Source: Candidatus Methanoperedenaceae archaeon (GTDB taxonomy: Archaea; Halobacteriota; Methanosarcinia; Methanosarcinales; Methanoperedenaceae). From it: 64,000 nt of DNA. Positions 40,784 through 52,792 of the stretch are shown piece after piece. Where the stretch lies: contig CAVWCX010000023.1 of assembly GCA_963753595.1 (NCBI GenBank), positions 64,001 through 128,000 on the forward strand, read 5' to 3'. Numbering within the stretch: position 1 is the first letter of the stretch; the number at the start of each line of letters is the position of its first letter. Below the pieces are notes generated by a model. The model searched no databases. It saw only the letters and a list, made by a program, of their open reading frames with translations, and had not been told where the DNA came from. A program made the translations under genes and the position numbers.

Positions 40784-43700
40784 TCATCTAAAACGTCTCA
40801 AAACAAATACGATCAATAATATGGCTAATGTATCCGCCAATGTAAGCATACTTGTGTTTTTATTCTCCGGGACTTTCAAACTCCCGCCCTCAATTATGAA
40901 CTCATGTGAAGATGGCAGGCCCCAATTGTCTTTCCTTTCCATGGCTTCAATATACACCATATGTTTACCGGATGATAATTTTGATAGATCAATCCGGGCA
41001 AATACTTCCTCTGCCTGGGAATCAAAAACCCCATCCACAGGATACATCCTGAATTTTTCAGGCTGCAAATCAATATAATACCTTGTATCTCTTACCTTCA
41101 TTTTATATCCGGCAGATGCAGATGCTTTCAATATTGTCCTGTTATCTTCTTTTACCAAAGATATTTTCTTAATTGCAGGCGTCACATGCAACCGCGAAAT
41201 TTCATGAATATTTGATACATGGCAGGATCCACACCTTTCAAACCTGTGTTCCTCGTCACCTATGTAAACTGCGCCGTAATTATTCCCGGTTGCGGCATGG
41301 CAGCTTACGCAGGTCCTCGGGGTTTTGTAACCGGAAGGATGCGCAGTGATATTTTTCGTTCCCCCGTGGCATGCGCGGCAGGCATTGTTGCCCCCGCCAT
41401 CTATTGCATCATGCTTTCCAAGGGCTAGTATTTTTTTCACTGAAAAACCATCCTTCCCATGACATGAAAGACAATTAGCTCCACCGTTGCTGCCATCGAA
41501 TAGCTGGAGGGAATGGAAATTTTCAGGGATACTCCCAACATTAATAGTGGAATTTTCCCATAACCAGCTTGCATTATAACCCGCAAGTGTCTGGTTTTCC
41601 ATTATTTTCCTGATTTCAGGAGATATGCCGGCTACCTCATCGAGAATTACCATATTCTTTGGTTTTGCCTGGATTATTCCCGAAACCTTTGCCCTGAAAA
41701 TAGTAATATTCTTTGGCTGGTTCCCAAGATAATTTATGCTCGGGGTAAATTCAAATATGCCCCCCCGATTCACGAGATCCTCGTAAAAATAATCGCCGGT
41801 ACGCAACTGGAGGAAAGCCACTTCGTCTTTGGTATCCACTCCTTTAACTACAAGGCTTGTTCCATCCGAAATATTCCAGGTTTCTCCTTCAAACAGTGAC
41901 CTGCGTTTTTCCGGCTGGATGGTCACATGCAGGTCTTTATCTGTAAGAGCCCCTAATAATTGAAGAACAACAGTTTCATCGAAGATTTCATTATCGGTAA
42001 AATTGACAATTTCTTTCGTGTAATATATTTCATCTTTCTCACCGCTGACCCTTTCGATGACTTTATACTTTGCTTTTGGCATTGCTTTCACATGGCATGA
42101 ATAGCATGCTGTGGTTTTTTTCTCAGGATGGACTCTTTTTAACCTGAAACCTTCGTACTGGATAAAGCCAGTATCATTTCCTTTGAAAATGCCTGTGATA
42201 TTCATTACAATTACAGGCACTTTTTCACTTCCGTTGTCGATAGTGAGGTATTCCTCATATGTATAATTTCCAATACTTACAAGGCTCTTATCTACAGGGA
42301 TATTTTCTTTTATAAGTTCTATCAGCACGCTGTTTCTGACGAATGAGACTTCAAGTACTTTGAGGTTAAAACCGAAACCAAAGTCCACAGATTCCCCCTC
42401 CATGGCGGTGAATTTGTTATTTTCCCTGTTGAGTTCTACAAGTGCCGTCCTGTTCTCGTATATCAACGTAGCATTGCCCCACTTCCTGGAGTTGTCCTCG
42501 TTAATATGGCAGTAAATGCAATTGATACTGTCAAACAGATCGCCTGAGGCAAAATGGGATACGGTTGAATTTATGTTCCTGCCCTGTGAATTTACGCTGT
42601 TTACATGGCATTCCTGGCAGTCATTACTGGTTGTTACGTTGTAATTGACAACATTATTCGGATTGTCGATCATGCTTGCGTTCCTGAAATGTGAATATAT
42701 CATAGGAGCGCGGAATTTCTGGCCCAGGGAATGGCACTCATCATTGCTGCACTTTTTCGGTGATTTATATCCTGCTGGATGTCCCGAGGGCTTTGTCCCA
42801 TTGCCATGACAGGCCCAGCATGATGAACTTCCGCCACCATTGAGGCCATAATGCACGCTTTTATTGAATGCATCCATGTCTATTCTCTTATCGGGAGGTG
42901 CGCCGCCACCCCTGCTGCCATGGCATGAGATGCAATCAGGCCCGCCTCCGCCCGTTCCGACATTATGAATAAATAAAGCGGTTGTTGCAGGTGAATTTAC
43001 TCCATGGCAGGCCTTACATGCCGCATCTGAATATTCACCCAGGGAGTGGTTATAGAAAGCAGTTCCATCACTTGCTTTTTCGGGAACAAGCCCTGAATTG
43101 TCCTGTATTTCAGGCGGTACCGGATAATATGAGTCACCATTATAGGAATAATTTCCTGCCGGAACACCACCTTTATAATGACAGTTGGCACACCAGTATG
43201 ATGTATTTGTTATATTCTGGTTGGGTAAATTTCCAGATCGTATGTTTTCCACTTTTCCAAGCGCATTCAAATTGTGTAGAGCCTGTACATGGCAATATTC
43301 GCATGAACTGCTGGTATTGCCCCAGTACTCTGGTTGAGAACCGTTCCACAAGGTGCCAGAGTTGGGATTCACGCTATGGTTCATTGGCGGCAAGATCCAT
43401 GCTTCAGGGAACATTCTTAGCCCGCTGCCCTGATGGCAGGTCGTGCAATTTGCAGCAGGAAACGGCAGTCTGAATTTAACGCCACCCGTAAAGTTATGGC
43501 AGCTTGTACATCCGGTAACATTAATGGCGCGGTAGCTTCCGTCAGGCTGGATATATCTTATATTATGAATATCTGAAGGTGTTGCTGTATGACATCTTAT
43601 GCATTCAACCTTTCCGGAATGTTTGTTTTTCGGTATCCGATCATTTGAGTGACAGTTATTACAGAAACCAGATGATGGCACGGGTTTTACAATATTTTCC

Positions 43701-44339
43701 CCATGCAGTTTATCCTGCCCATGACAACTTGTGCAGTCGGGGGGAAAACCTGCAGGATGAAATGGATAGATAGAAGAAGCAGTATGGTTACTTATTCTCG
43801 TGTTATCCGGGTTTTGCATAACATCCTTATAAATGGTAGAAGAATTTTGATGGCAGAAAGTGCAATATGTTTTTCCTGGCGGTATGCCAAAACTGGAGTT
43901 CCTTCCGTAATGGGCTGCGCTTGCACTGGCGCTGAACCTGAAGAGATTTGATGTCTTGTTATGGCAATCAACGCAATCTGCGGTTACAGACAAGGGCAGC
44001 GTTCCTGTTGTGATTAGATACTCTCGGAGCAGACGGGACAATTCCGTCAACATGGCAATTCTCGCAGGTATATGTTGATACCGGAAATATTGATACAGGT
44101 ATCCGATGCGGCCCGGAGGTATTGACCGAATAATGGCACGCCATACAATCAAGGCTTGTGAGAATTCCTGCTCCATCTGCTGAATTTACATTGACATGAA
44201 CTCCGATTAGAGAAGTGTCAATAGCGGGGAATGAACCAATATCAGTCTGATGACATGCCATGCAATCAAGCACTGCACTTCCCGCGTATGCTGATGAAAG
44301 ATAAAACAATAATGATAGTAAGAACAGAATTTTTTTCAT
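40784..44339 (-). CDS. Multiheme cytochrome c / S-layer fusion protein (22 CxxCH + 1 CX4CH), C-terminal TM anchor; frameshift near 43995
   Basis: Signal peptide and 3 CxxCH in ORF 43968..44339; 19 CxxCH in ORF 40784..44176; DUF1608-like segments EGESVDFGFGFNLKV and EGETWNISDG. Confidence 0.85.
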
Positions 44340-44575
44340 ATTAAATACTCACGGATTTCCTGGGACATAATGAACTTCTCATTATTATTATGATATTGTC
44401 AATATTGATATATTAATCTTAGTGTTCTGAAATTGTTAAAATTCAGGATAACAATTCAGATTATATCAATCACTAATAATATTCTTCAGGAATTAAAGCC
44501 ATTACTTAAGTCGTCTTGTTTAGCATAAATAAAAAATTGGGAGATTTTATCTCCCCCATATTATGTTTGAAAGTT

Positions 44576-44890
44576 TCAGACATTCTTGCCAAATTTTTCT
44601 ATCCAGGAAAAATGCCCGCCTGGTGTTATTATTTTATTTCCACCATCTGTCTTGATTACTATTGCTTTTTCAGGAATTGCACTATCTGGATATAATTGAC
44701 CCTGGCATTCGGCATTTAGGTTACCGCCGCTTGTCAAAACTAACTTGTAATCTCCCGACCCGGTGTAGTGCATGCCATCTACCCATTCATTCAGGCTACA
44801 TGTTCCTGAATCGTGGGTTGCTGGCTCTGCAAGTGCAGCCGGAACCAATAAAGACGTTACGATCAGTAACGCAATTGTTTTTCCAATCAT
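44576..44890 (-). CDS. Small secreted hypothetical protein (2 Cys)
   Basis: Signal peptide ending ALA; GGAGGTGA RBS; downstream hairpin GGGAGAT/ATCTCCC. Confidence 0.7.
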   Translation of the reverse strand: MIGKTIALLIVTSLLVPAALAEPATHDSGTCSLNEWVDGMHYTGSGDYKLVLTSGGNLNAECQGQLYPDSAIPEKAIVIKTDGGNKIITPGGHFSWIEKFGKNV

Positions 44891-45113
44891 TGTTTCACCT
44901 CCCTTGAAATTTGATATTTATTGAGCGCCCACCTGATGCATACTGTTCCTAAAGCAGTTCTTCTGTTTTTGACTCCCGTTTTTCCCAATAATAAAATGCT
45001 TTTACTATATAAATACTTAATCAGCGTTAAAAAAATCTTTAAAATATCCCTTAAAAAAAAATAAAGTTGTTGATATTCCTATTGGAATACCAACTTAAAT
45101 TTTGTTTCTTTGT

Positions 45114-45242
45114 CTAACCGCGTAAGTATGCCCTAACTACTGCTATAGCATCTGCCTTGGAAATTCCACCGCCAGTTAAGTAGTTTCGGACTGCTGCCAC
45201 AGCTTCTGTCTTCGAGAAAGTTCCATTGTGGTCTGTGTCCCA
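45114..45242 (-). repeat. Dockerin-like tag copy 1
   Basis: WDTDHNGTFSKTEAVAAVRNYLTGGGISKADAIAVVRAYLRG. Confidence 0.85.
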
Positions 45243-47842
45243 ATACTGAAATGTCTCCAGGTGGCACTGTACCTCCGCCCGCGCCAACAGAAGCATTCAC
45301 TTCGTTAGCTAGCGTTAGTGAATCATCCAGTAGTTGATCTACTTTTGTTGGATTGTGTACGCCCCAGCTTTCGTCGGAATACACCAATCTGACATTCCAG
45401 TATGCCTGAGCGATCTTAACTTTAGCCGCGCTCTTTTCACCTGTATAGGCGTTATAATTCGCCAATGCAGACATAACCGATCCGTTAGTGGAATTCCACT
45501 TCGCCTGGGTATCAGACTTTATGGTTTCGATAACCTCAGGGATAGTTCCTACTACCGATCCTGCCTCATGGCAGCCTTTGCATGCTGTGAGGGTCTGAAG
45601 ACCAGTGGCATTAACTTTGAAACTATGTCCTTTTGTCTTCTGGCTATCATCAAGTATAGATCCTGATGCATCGGTTGTGTTTATATACATGTGACAATCA
45701 ATGCACTCGAATTTCATAATACTTGACTCTTTCCATGAACCAACAAAAATATCCTTTGCCGGGAAACCATGTGGCGCTTATTGGAGTAGTAGATGTGGCA
45801 GTTGCCCATCCAGGCCCTTCGCTGCCTATTCTGACATTCGAATGGCAGTTTCCGCACAACTCTACGGTATTTGGCATCATGGTATAGTTAGCTTTGTATC
45901 TGGTTACAGCGCCTGTTGTCGAATTCGTGGCCGCAACGAGTGCATCCCTGTTATACCATGCATAGTATTTTGCCGTTCCGAACGCCGCTTTGGTCTTTGC
46001 GAGCCAGTCACCCATGTCATGAAGATTATGACACACGTCACATGTAATACCCTTGAAGTTATCAGGGGTCAGTGGAACTGTAGCGGTGTTTGCAGTGCCA
46101 TTGCTGTAATAGTCAGTCAATGGGTTCCAGTTGAACGGGGAGTGGCATTTATTACAAGAGTTTGCTCTTGATTTTGTAGTGACTACACCAGTCGTTCCGT
46201 TGATGCTCCTATAGTAACTACTATTAGGATTTTTGCTTACCCCAACTTCCACGTCATTATGTGCGCTTGCCTTCCATTCTCTTATCACAGGGATAATTGA
46301 ATATTTGCTTTTACTCAGGTTTTGAGCGCTTGTGGTATGGCACCCTGAAGCTTTTCCGCATGAGTTGTTGCCCAATGCATTAAGATCATGTTTCTTCATA
46401 ACGATCCTCTCAGTGCTGCCTGCCTTTTCCATGTGGCAATCTATGCATGCTGCTGCAGCATCTTTGCCGTAATAGTAAGTACCATGCGACAGATTAACTG
46501 CTCCGATATGGCCAAGCCCGTGTCTGAAATGGCACTTTGAGCACAATATTGTTGATACGTCAGTACCTGGAATAGATATTCCTGCAGTACCATAGCTTGT
46601 ATCTTTTCTGTCAGATACTGTGCCAGGATATAACAGGGCAGGGAAACTGAGTTTATCGAAAATAGCCGAACCCGCTTCGAGTGAAGCAGTTGCATTGAAG
46701 AAAGCCAGCTTCGCTACTTTTATATTCGCTGCTGTTGCTGTATTGTAACCGCCTGGTGAATATAATGCTGCATACTGGTCATCAGTCATATCATGGACAT
46801 TGTGACAGACACCACACGCCACATTGGTAGCACTCTCTTCCGTTATAATATTGTTTTTATATTTATCAAATGGCGAATGGCATTGTGTGCAGCCGCTTGG
46901 TGTTTCCGCGGTCGGTGGTGCATGAGCGCCCTTTTCCCAATTAGTTGCATGGGATCCGGTTCCTGTAATATGGCATTCCTGGCACAGGCCGGCGGAGTAG
47001 TTTACAACTACCTGATGTCCATTGCCTGCAGGTTTATGACATCTCTCACATCCGATACCTGGTTCTGCGAAGGTTCCGTTTATGCCTGGTAACTTGCCAT
47101 TCAGGAGGCTTGCACTCCAGGTGCTGTTATCCCAGCCAGTAGTATGGCATTTTCCACAGGTGCCGTATGCGCCGCCAGCATGACTGCTGCTTTCAAATTC
47201 CTGGGTTGTACTATTATATTCATCATTCGCAGCAAGGAAATATCCATTTACGTCAATATAGTTCAGTACCGGCTTTGAAACTATAACATAGGATATGCCT
47301 GCCCAGCCAACACCTGGTGCTGGAAGACCCATCGCCTGGGCAGTAGTTCCTGGTGTCAACATGACGCGATGCATTGTGTTAGTCCAGTTATTGTATTTTG
47401 CACTGTGACAATCTTTGCATACTGAAGAATTCAGGTATGTTGGAGTGCCCGAAAGCAAATTGAAATTGTTTCCAGGCGCATTCACATGGCAGTTCGCGCA
47501 TCCGCCAGCTGGTAACATTTTTGCTGCCAGCGTGGTTGCACTATATCTGTGATTTGTATTATATGACGAACCAGTGGCTGTAAGCGGAAGAAATGCGCTC
47601 AGATCAGTATGGCAAGTTAAACAGCTTGATCCGTTTGATGGAACTGAAATTCCATTAAATTTATGAACATCCTTGAAATAGCTACCATCGGTTGTCAATG
47701 TATAATCGCTACTTACAATACTTACATGACAGTAGCCGCAATCTGCTCCCGCAGACCCATATCCTTGTTTCGCGCTTCCTGTACCTGCCAGCGCCAGCAG
47801 TAATATCAAAATTCCTATACCTAATATAATTTCTTTTCTCAT
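45114..47842 (-). CDS. Secreted multiheme cytochrome c (16 CxxCH + 1 CX5CH) with a c552/NrfA-like helical end and C-terminal dockerin-like tag; frameshifts near 45775 and 45260
   Basis: ORFs 45698..47842, 45133..45717 and 45114..45296 join into one frame by removing one base at each junction; DESWGVHNP motif. Confidence 0.85.
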
Positions 47843-48138
47843 ATTTCGATTCTCCTCCTTACCTAAAGTCTTCGTTTTTTATCATAATTCATGACAATAA
47901 AATTTTAGATTAAGCCCCATTTTTAATAATTATCCCTCTTTTCCTCGTCATTTTGACCGCCTTTAGAATTAGCGATAACAAAATACATTTTAAAATATAT
48001 TTTTTGCTTCAATATTCCATATCCTCCTTCTAATTAATAATACCATGATTATAAATTTTATAACTTACGTATAAAACTTATATCAAATAATTATGGTTAT
48101 GATGATATAAATAACTTTTGCTGATAAAATCCATGTGT

Positions 48139-49547
48139 GGTGGTTACCAAGACCCCCTTGAAACCATTGGTAGATTTTTTTTCACCTCCTATGTGAGATA
48201 TGCAACCGAAGAGAGATTTTCTTTTATACCATGCTGCAATCGTGCAAATGCTACTGCCAGCATGGCAATACAGCATTCTGTCACGTGAAGATCAATATTC
48301 TTCATACCTTTGCCATTCAAATGTGCCTCAACTTCAAGGTGATCTTTCAGATAGCTATTGATTCCTTCATTGCTGTTTCTTCTATGGTAAAGATCAAGAA
48401 CAGTATCGGGACACTCATCATATTTATTCATATAGTCATTTCTAAAATACATGGCAACAGGGTCATGAAATCCCTTTTTGACAAGAAATTGCATTTTATA
48501 TTCAAGAGAAGCATCTTTCTTATATTTTGAATCTTGCCAATTTTTTCTATAGAGATAATTAATCTCCTGTTCAGGGGAGTAGATATAGGTTTTTCCATTA
48601 AACCTATGCTCGTATTTTACATTTTCTCTCCAATCCTTGTCAATATGATAATGTGACATCAAACCCATTTCAACATGAGCAAATGCAATGTTTTTGTTGC
48701 TGTTATAACCGCCATCGAACCAAGTCTCTTCCATGTTCATCCCGGCAGATACTGCTGTCTTTCGGAGCATATCTTCAAGATATTTATCATCATCTTCAGT
48801 TCCACCGCATACCTTTTTGGCCAGGGGAATATTGTGCTCATAATCCATGGTTATTTGTGCTTTGACCATCTTTTTCTTATAATGGCCATTGTATTTTCCA
48901 TCAGGATCGTTATGTGTCTTGATTGGAGTACTATCTGTTCCAGTGCATTTTCCAATTTTTAAATCCAATCGGTTACCAGCTTCTACAACCTTTATACAAA
49001 AAAGTTGCATTATAGAATCCATCCCCTTATTACCCAGTCTCACTTTTTCGAAATGCCTCAAAGTTTCATGATCTGGAACTATGATATTTTCATCCGGATC
49101 AATATTGAAACCCAATTCTAGTGCCTCATCAGGATGTGTTCTTAAGTTTCTTTCCTCTTTCGTATAATATTTTATTGTCTTTATGTTTCTCCAGATAAAT
49201 GCCTTTACCATTGCCCTTCTTGGATACGTTTCCACTCCTTCTTTAACGGTATAATGTTTGTTGATTTCAGGCATTATCGGATCAAGGTTTAATCCTTCCA
49301 GAAATTTTGATGCCCGAACGCTGTTCTCGGAGGTTGCATCTGCAAACTCTTCATTATTTGCATCGGTCAGACCGATGAATTTGTTCCAATAGCTTTTTAT
49401 TTGCTTATCAACATTAAACTCCATTGTTCATCCCCTCTTTGGAATTTTGTGATTAAAATAATAATGGGGGGATGAATAATATAAATCTTACTGCAAGTAT
49501 AAAAAATAGTTAAATTTATAAGGCAAACCTATGAATTGGTAACCACC
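48139..49547 (-). mobile_element. Intact-looking insertion sequence (1409 bp) with 12-bp TIRs and a 6-bp target-site duplication
   Basis: GGTGGTTACCAA (48139-48150) / TTGGTAACCACC (49536-49547); ATGTGT flanks both ends. Confidence 0.9.
48189..49424 (-). CDS. DDE transposase (IS4/IS5 clan)
   Basis: DSTPI, FDGGY and YHRRNSNEGINSYLK (YREK-like) motifs. Confidence 0.85.
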   Translation of the reverse strand: MEFNVDKQIKSYWNKFIGLTDANNEEFADATSENSVRASKFLEGLNLDPIMPEINKHYTVKEGVETYPRRAMVKAFIWRNIKTIKYYTKEERNLRTHPDEALELGFNIDPDENIIVPDHETLRHFEKVRLGNKGMDSIMQLFCIKVVEAGNRLDLKIGKCTGTDSTPIKTHNDPDGKYNGHYKKKMVKAQITMDYEHNIPLAKKVCGGTEDDDKYLEDMLRKTAVSAGMNMEETWFDGGYNSNKNIAFAHVEMGLMSHYHIDKDWRENVKYEHRFNGKTYIYSPEQEINYLYRKNWQDSKYKKDASLEYKMQFLVKKGFHDPVAMYFRNDYMNKYDECPDTVLDLYHRRNSNEGINSYLKDHLEVEAHLNGKGMKNIDLHVTECCIAMLAVAFARLQHGIKENLSSVAYLT

Positions 49548-49713
49548 ATGTGTAGAATCCTGTAAAATACGAAGTCACTACATCAATAGCTTGTCGCCAG
49601 GTTAATGTTCCACGCAGGTAGCCAGTAGCTCCCCTTATTGCTTTTTCCCATCTATCCTGCCACCCAGTATCAAAAAAAAAAGAAGTAATTATATTTCAAC
49701 TTTTTGTTTCAGG

Positions 49714-49839
49714 TTATTTGAAGTATGCTCTAACAACTGCTATAGCATCTGCCTTGGAAATTCCACCGCCAGTTAAGTAGGCTCGGATTGCCGCCACAGC
49801 TTCAGTCTTTGAGATAATACCGTTCTTGTCTTTATCCCA
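49714..49839 (-). repeat. Dockerin-like tag copy 2
   Basis: WDKDKNGIISKTEAVAAIRAYLTGGGISKADAIAVVRAYFK. Confidence 0.85.
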
Positions 49840-52782
49840 GAATGCAACCTGGGACGATAATGTACCTGGTTCTGTCACAATAACCGTTGTTGTTCCGCTT
49901 GTGTAGCCTGTCAGGGTTGCAGTTACATTTATTGCGCCTTTGCTGGTAGCGTTCACTCCGGTTATGTTTACTAAACCATTAGTAGTTGTGCCGCTTTTGC
50001 TGACACCTGCCCCGCTAAGTGTAATTAAAACACCGCCAAGTGCCGGAGTGACAGTGAAGACTATATTAGTTGGAGTGCCTGCTGTTACTGTACCGGGTAT
50101 TGCGGATACTGCCAGTGTTCCATTATCCTCTGCCGCTACAGGTGATTTTAATGCGAAATCATCCACGATAAACGCAGTCAAATAACCGCTATCTGTTGTA
50201 GCGCTTAACTTTAACCGGACCGTCTGCCCTTTGAATTCTGATACATTATATTGTGCGCTTATCCTGTAGCCATAACTCCTGTTAAGATTACTCAGGTTCG
50301 CAAATGTTTTTAATAAAGTATTATCCGAAGGACTCCTTATTTCAAGTCCCATATTATCATAAGCAATATCAGTAGATACTTCATTTGTCTGGATCCAATA
50401 CCAGAATTGGAGATACACATTTGCTGCACTTGAGGGAATTGTTACATCCTGGTAAATATAATCATTGGCGTTGTCATACCCCCCCAGGTATGCAAACCTG
50501 CTTCCACTACGAGAATATGCCGAATTATTATTTATCCGGGGATTTCCATTGCTGCCATACTGTGTCCATCCGGTATTCCCGCCCTCAAAACCAGGATTGG
50601 CCAATACGCCTAAATTTTCTGATGGCGCAGGGAACATATTGCAGTAATTGGAATAAATCCCATGATTTGCATAAAATGCTGTGCAGATTTCAAAGATATG
50701 CGGCGTACCATCTCTCAGGTTCGCATTGTTATCATCTGCGACTAATACGTCTTCAAGGTATTCTGTAAAATTAAAGGGTTCAAGTTTCATTGCGTTAATA
50801 ATAAGTTCATCTGATGTTTTATTTCCCAACATCTCCCTTAGATCCCACGCAGCGCCTGATACTATACTGCTGTCATCGTGAACCTCGCCAACAATATCAT
50901 CCGGATATTTTTTTGTATTGTGGATATCCCTCAGGCAAACACCAAGAAAGCCTTCTCCAAAGCATGAATTGTCATTTACCGAACTTGTAAAATAATCTGC
51001 CCACCCTTCATCCAATGCACCGCTTTCATCGCGATAAGGCAGATTTGTTGTATAAATATGATCGACTACGCTATGGGTGTATTCGTGGTTGATAATATCG
51101 CCAAATAACGATGCTGCCTCGCAGCCACTACCGGCTCCATAGAAATAGAGATCTTTGCCATCGGAAAGTGCATTGCAGGTGCCAGGATACTGAACGTATG
51201 CCGTCGTCTGGTAGTTCATGGCATAAATATCAAATGGATATCCTTTTGTAAAGAAGTCATGCATTGCATTTATGTGATAGAATACATTTGACTGCTCTTT
51301 TTTATAAGATGTATCGTAATCATTCCAATCCCAGTTGTGAACAGATGGTGTTGTAATTGAAACCTGGTGATTAGCATCATTCCCGCTATAATTAAATACT
51401 CTTACATTCGGACCCTCAAGCGCTGAGGACAGGATAAAGCTGCCCGGAAGTCCCGAAATACTGTAGTTCCCATCTGCACCGGTCGTACCTATTGTCGTAT
51501 AAATTGGCACAATTTGTTGATTTATAGAAAAATTGTAGTTATCCCAATATCCAAAGTTGTCAGCATTATCTACAAAAACCACTCCATTGTTGGTTATAAC
51601 CTTTATTTCGTCTATATACCACCCATCATATGCTATGTAAGAATCAGTAGTATATTGAAATTCTATCCATATAGTATGTCCTATATAATCAGACAGGTCA
51701 AGGTTTATTGTTTTCCATGTACTGGAGTTGCCTGTAAACGATTTGATCCCATAATAATTAGTTCCATCTGTAGATATATATACAAATCCTTTATCATAGT
51801 TGGTCTCCATAGAATAATTTGCCCTGAATTGAAGAGTTGCAGAGGAAACACCGGCAAGATTAATGGGATTTTTGAGATACAACCGATTATCCAAATTGTC
51901 ACCTTTTCCTGACCAGAATACATTACTGGAAGAACTTCCATAATTATAGAGGTTCTCTGCCCCTGATCCTTTCACTACCATAGTCTGTGGGTTTTCCGGA
52001 TACATTGGCACTGTAACTCTTCCGCTTAACGTGTTGGATACGATCTTGTTGTATTTCTCAAGAATTTCACCGTTATTGGCATCAACGATATATACCCACT
52101 TTGCAGGAGGATTTTCGATAAGTCCGGGTTCTACCTTGTAAGCGAGGCGATATTCAACAACTTCACCTGTGTATCTGGGAAATACAAGAAGTGAAATTCC
52201 TTCAACATTTGTTTTTATCTCTTTTGCTGCGTTATTCTTATTTGCAGATTTTTGGATATTCTGGTTATTGATGTGTATTGGTTTTTGGAGCACAGCCTTT
52301 GTTTCCAGGGGAACTCCCAGATCATTCTCTACGATCCCTGTTGCATCTGATTCACTTAATACTGGTTTTGTGCTGATATCTATTTTAGGGCGGTGGGTAG
52401 ATTTCAGAGTCACTATCTTTTCATCTTTGACCCCTACTATTACACTACTTGAATAAACAGGCAGTCCATTATAGGTCTGGGTATATTTTAATATTGATAA
52501 TGACCCTTTTTTTGTATCGTTGTAAGAAGAAGACAGAACCAGATCATCTGGATTTATTTTATATCTTGAACCAAGTGCGGAACGGATTTTTGAATCCATA
52601 TCGTTGCGGGAAATGGAATTTTCGCTATCAAGGTCGAAAACTTCTCTTGTGATCATCTTTTTCTCATCTGGATGAATATTATTTCCAGGGTCAATACCGT
52701 CGTTAATATTTTTCCCAGGAACTGCGGAAGAATATCCCGCCAGCAACGCAAGAATTAACAAAACAAATATATATAGTCTCAT
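49714..52782 (-). CDS. Secreted M4/M36-type zinc metalloprotease with FTP/PepSY propeptide, two jelly-roll modules, an Ig-like domain and a C-terminal dockerin-like tag
   Basis: YTQTYNGLPV (FTP), YIVDANNGEIL (PepSY), HEYTH, GALDEGWAD and GEVHDDS. Confidence 0.85.
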   Translation of the reverse strand: MRLYIFVLLILALLAGYSSAVPGKNINDGIDPGNNIHPDEKKMITREVFDLDSENSISRNDMDSKIRSALGSRYKINPDDLVLSSSYNDTKKGSLSILKYTQTYNGLPVYSSSVIVGVKDEKIVTLKSTHRPKIDISTKPVLSESDATGIVENDLGVPLETKAVLQKPIHINNQNIQKSANKNNAAKEIKTNVEGISLLVFPRYTGEVVEYRLAYKVEPGLIENPPAKWVYIVDANNGEILEKYNKIVSNTLSGRVTVPMYPENPQTMVVKGSGAENLYNYGSSSSNVFWSGKGDNLDNRLYLKNPINLAGVSSATLQFRANYSMETNYDKGFVYISTDGTNYYGIKSFTGNSSTWKTINLDLSDYIGHTIWIEFQYTTDSYIAYDGWYIDEIKVITNNGVVFVDNADNFGYWDNYNFSINQQIVPIYTTIGTTGADGNYSISGLPGSFILSSALEGPNVRVFNYSGNDANHQVSITTPSVHNWDWNDYDTSYKKEQSNVFYHINAMHDFFTKGYPFDIYAMNYQTTAYVQYPGTCNALSDGKDLYFYGAGSGCEAASLFGDIINHEYTHSVVDHIYTTNLPYRDESGALDEGWADYFTSSVNDNSCFGEGFLGVCLRDIHNTKKYPDDIVGEVHDDSSIVSGAAWDLREMLGNKTSDELIINAMKLEPFNFTEYLEDVLVADDNNANLRDGTPHIFEICTAFYANHGIYSNYCNMFPAPSENLGVLANPGFEGGNTGWTQYGSNGNPRINNNSAYSRSGSRFAYLGGYDNANDYIYQDVTIPSSAANVYLQFWYWIQTNEVSTDIAYDNMGLEIRSPSDNTLLKTFANLSNLNRSYGYRISAQYNVSEFKGQTVRLKLSATTDSGYLTAFIVDDFALKSPVAAEDNGTLAVSAIPGTVTAGTPTNIVFTVTPALGGVLITLSGAGVSKSGTTTNGLVNITGVNATSKGAINVTATLTGYTSGTTTVIVTEPGTLSSQVAFWDKDKNGIISKTEAVAAIRAYLTGGGISKADAIAVVRAYFK

Positions 52783-52792
52783 TTTTTTCTCC

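Noticed and set aside
44000-44176. N-terminus of the 1130-aa ORF as called (MEQEFSQ...)
   Set aside because: Wrong frame; the real N-terminus with signal peptide and three heme motifs is in ORF 43968..44339.
45133-45260. C-terminus GDISVLGHRPQW... of the 194-aa ORF
   Set aside because: Out-of-frame reading of the dockerin-like tag after a +1 indel.
43990-45780. Programmed ribosomal frameshifting in the cytochromes
   Set aside because: No slippery heptamers or stimulatory structures are evident, and similar indels hit housekeeping genes.
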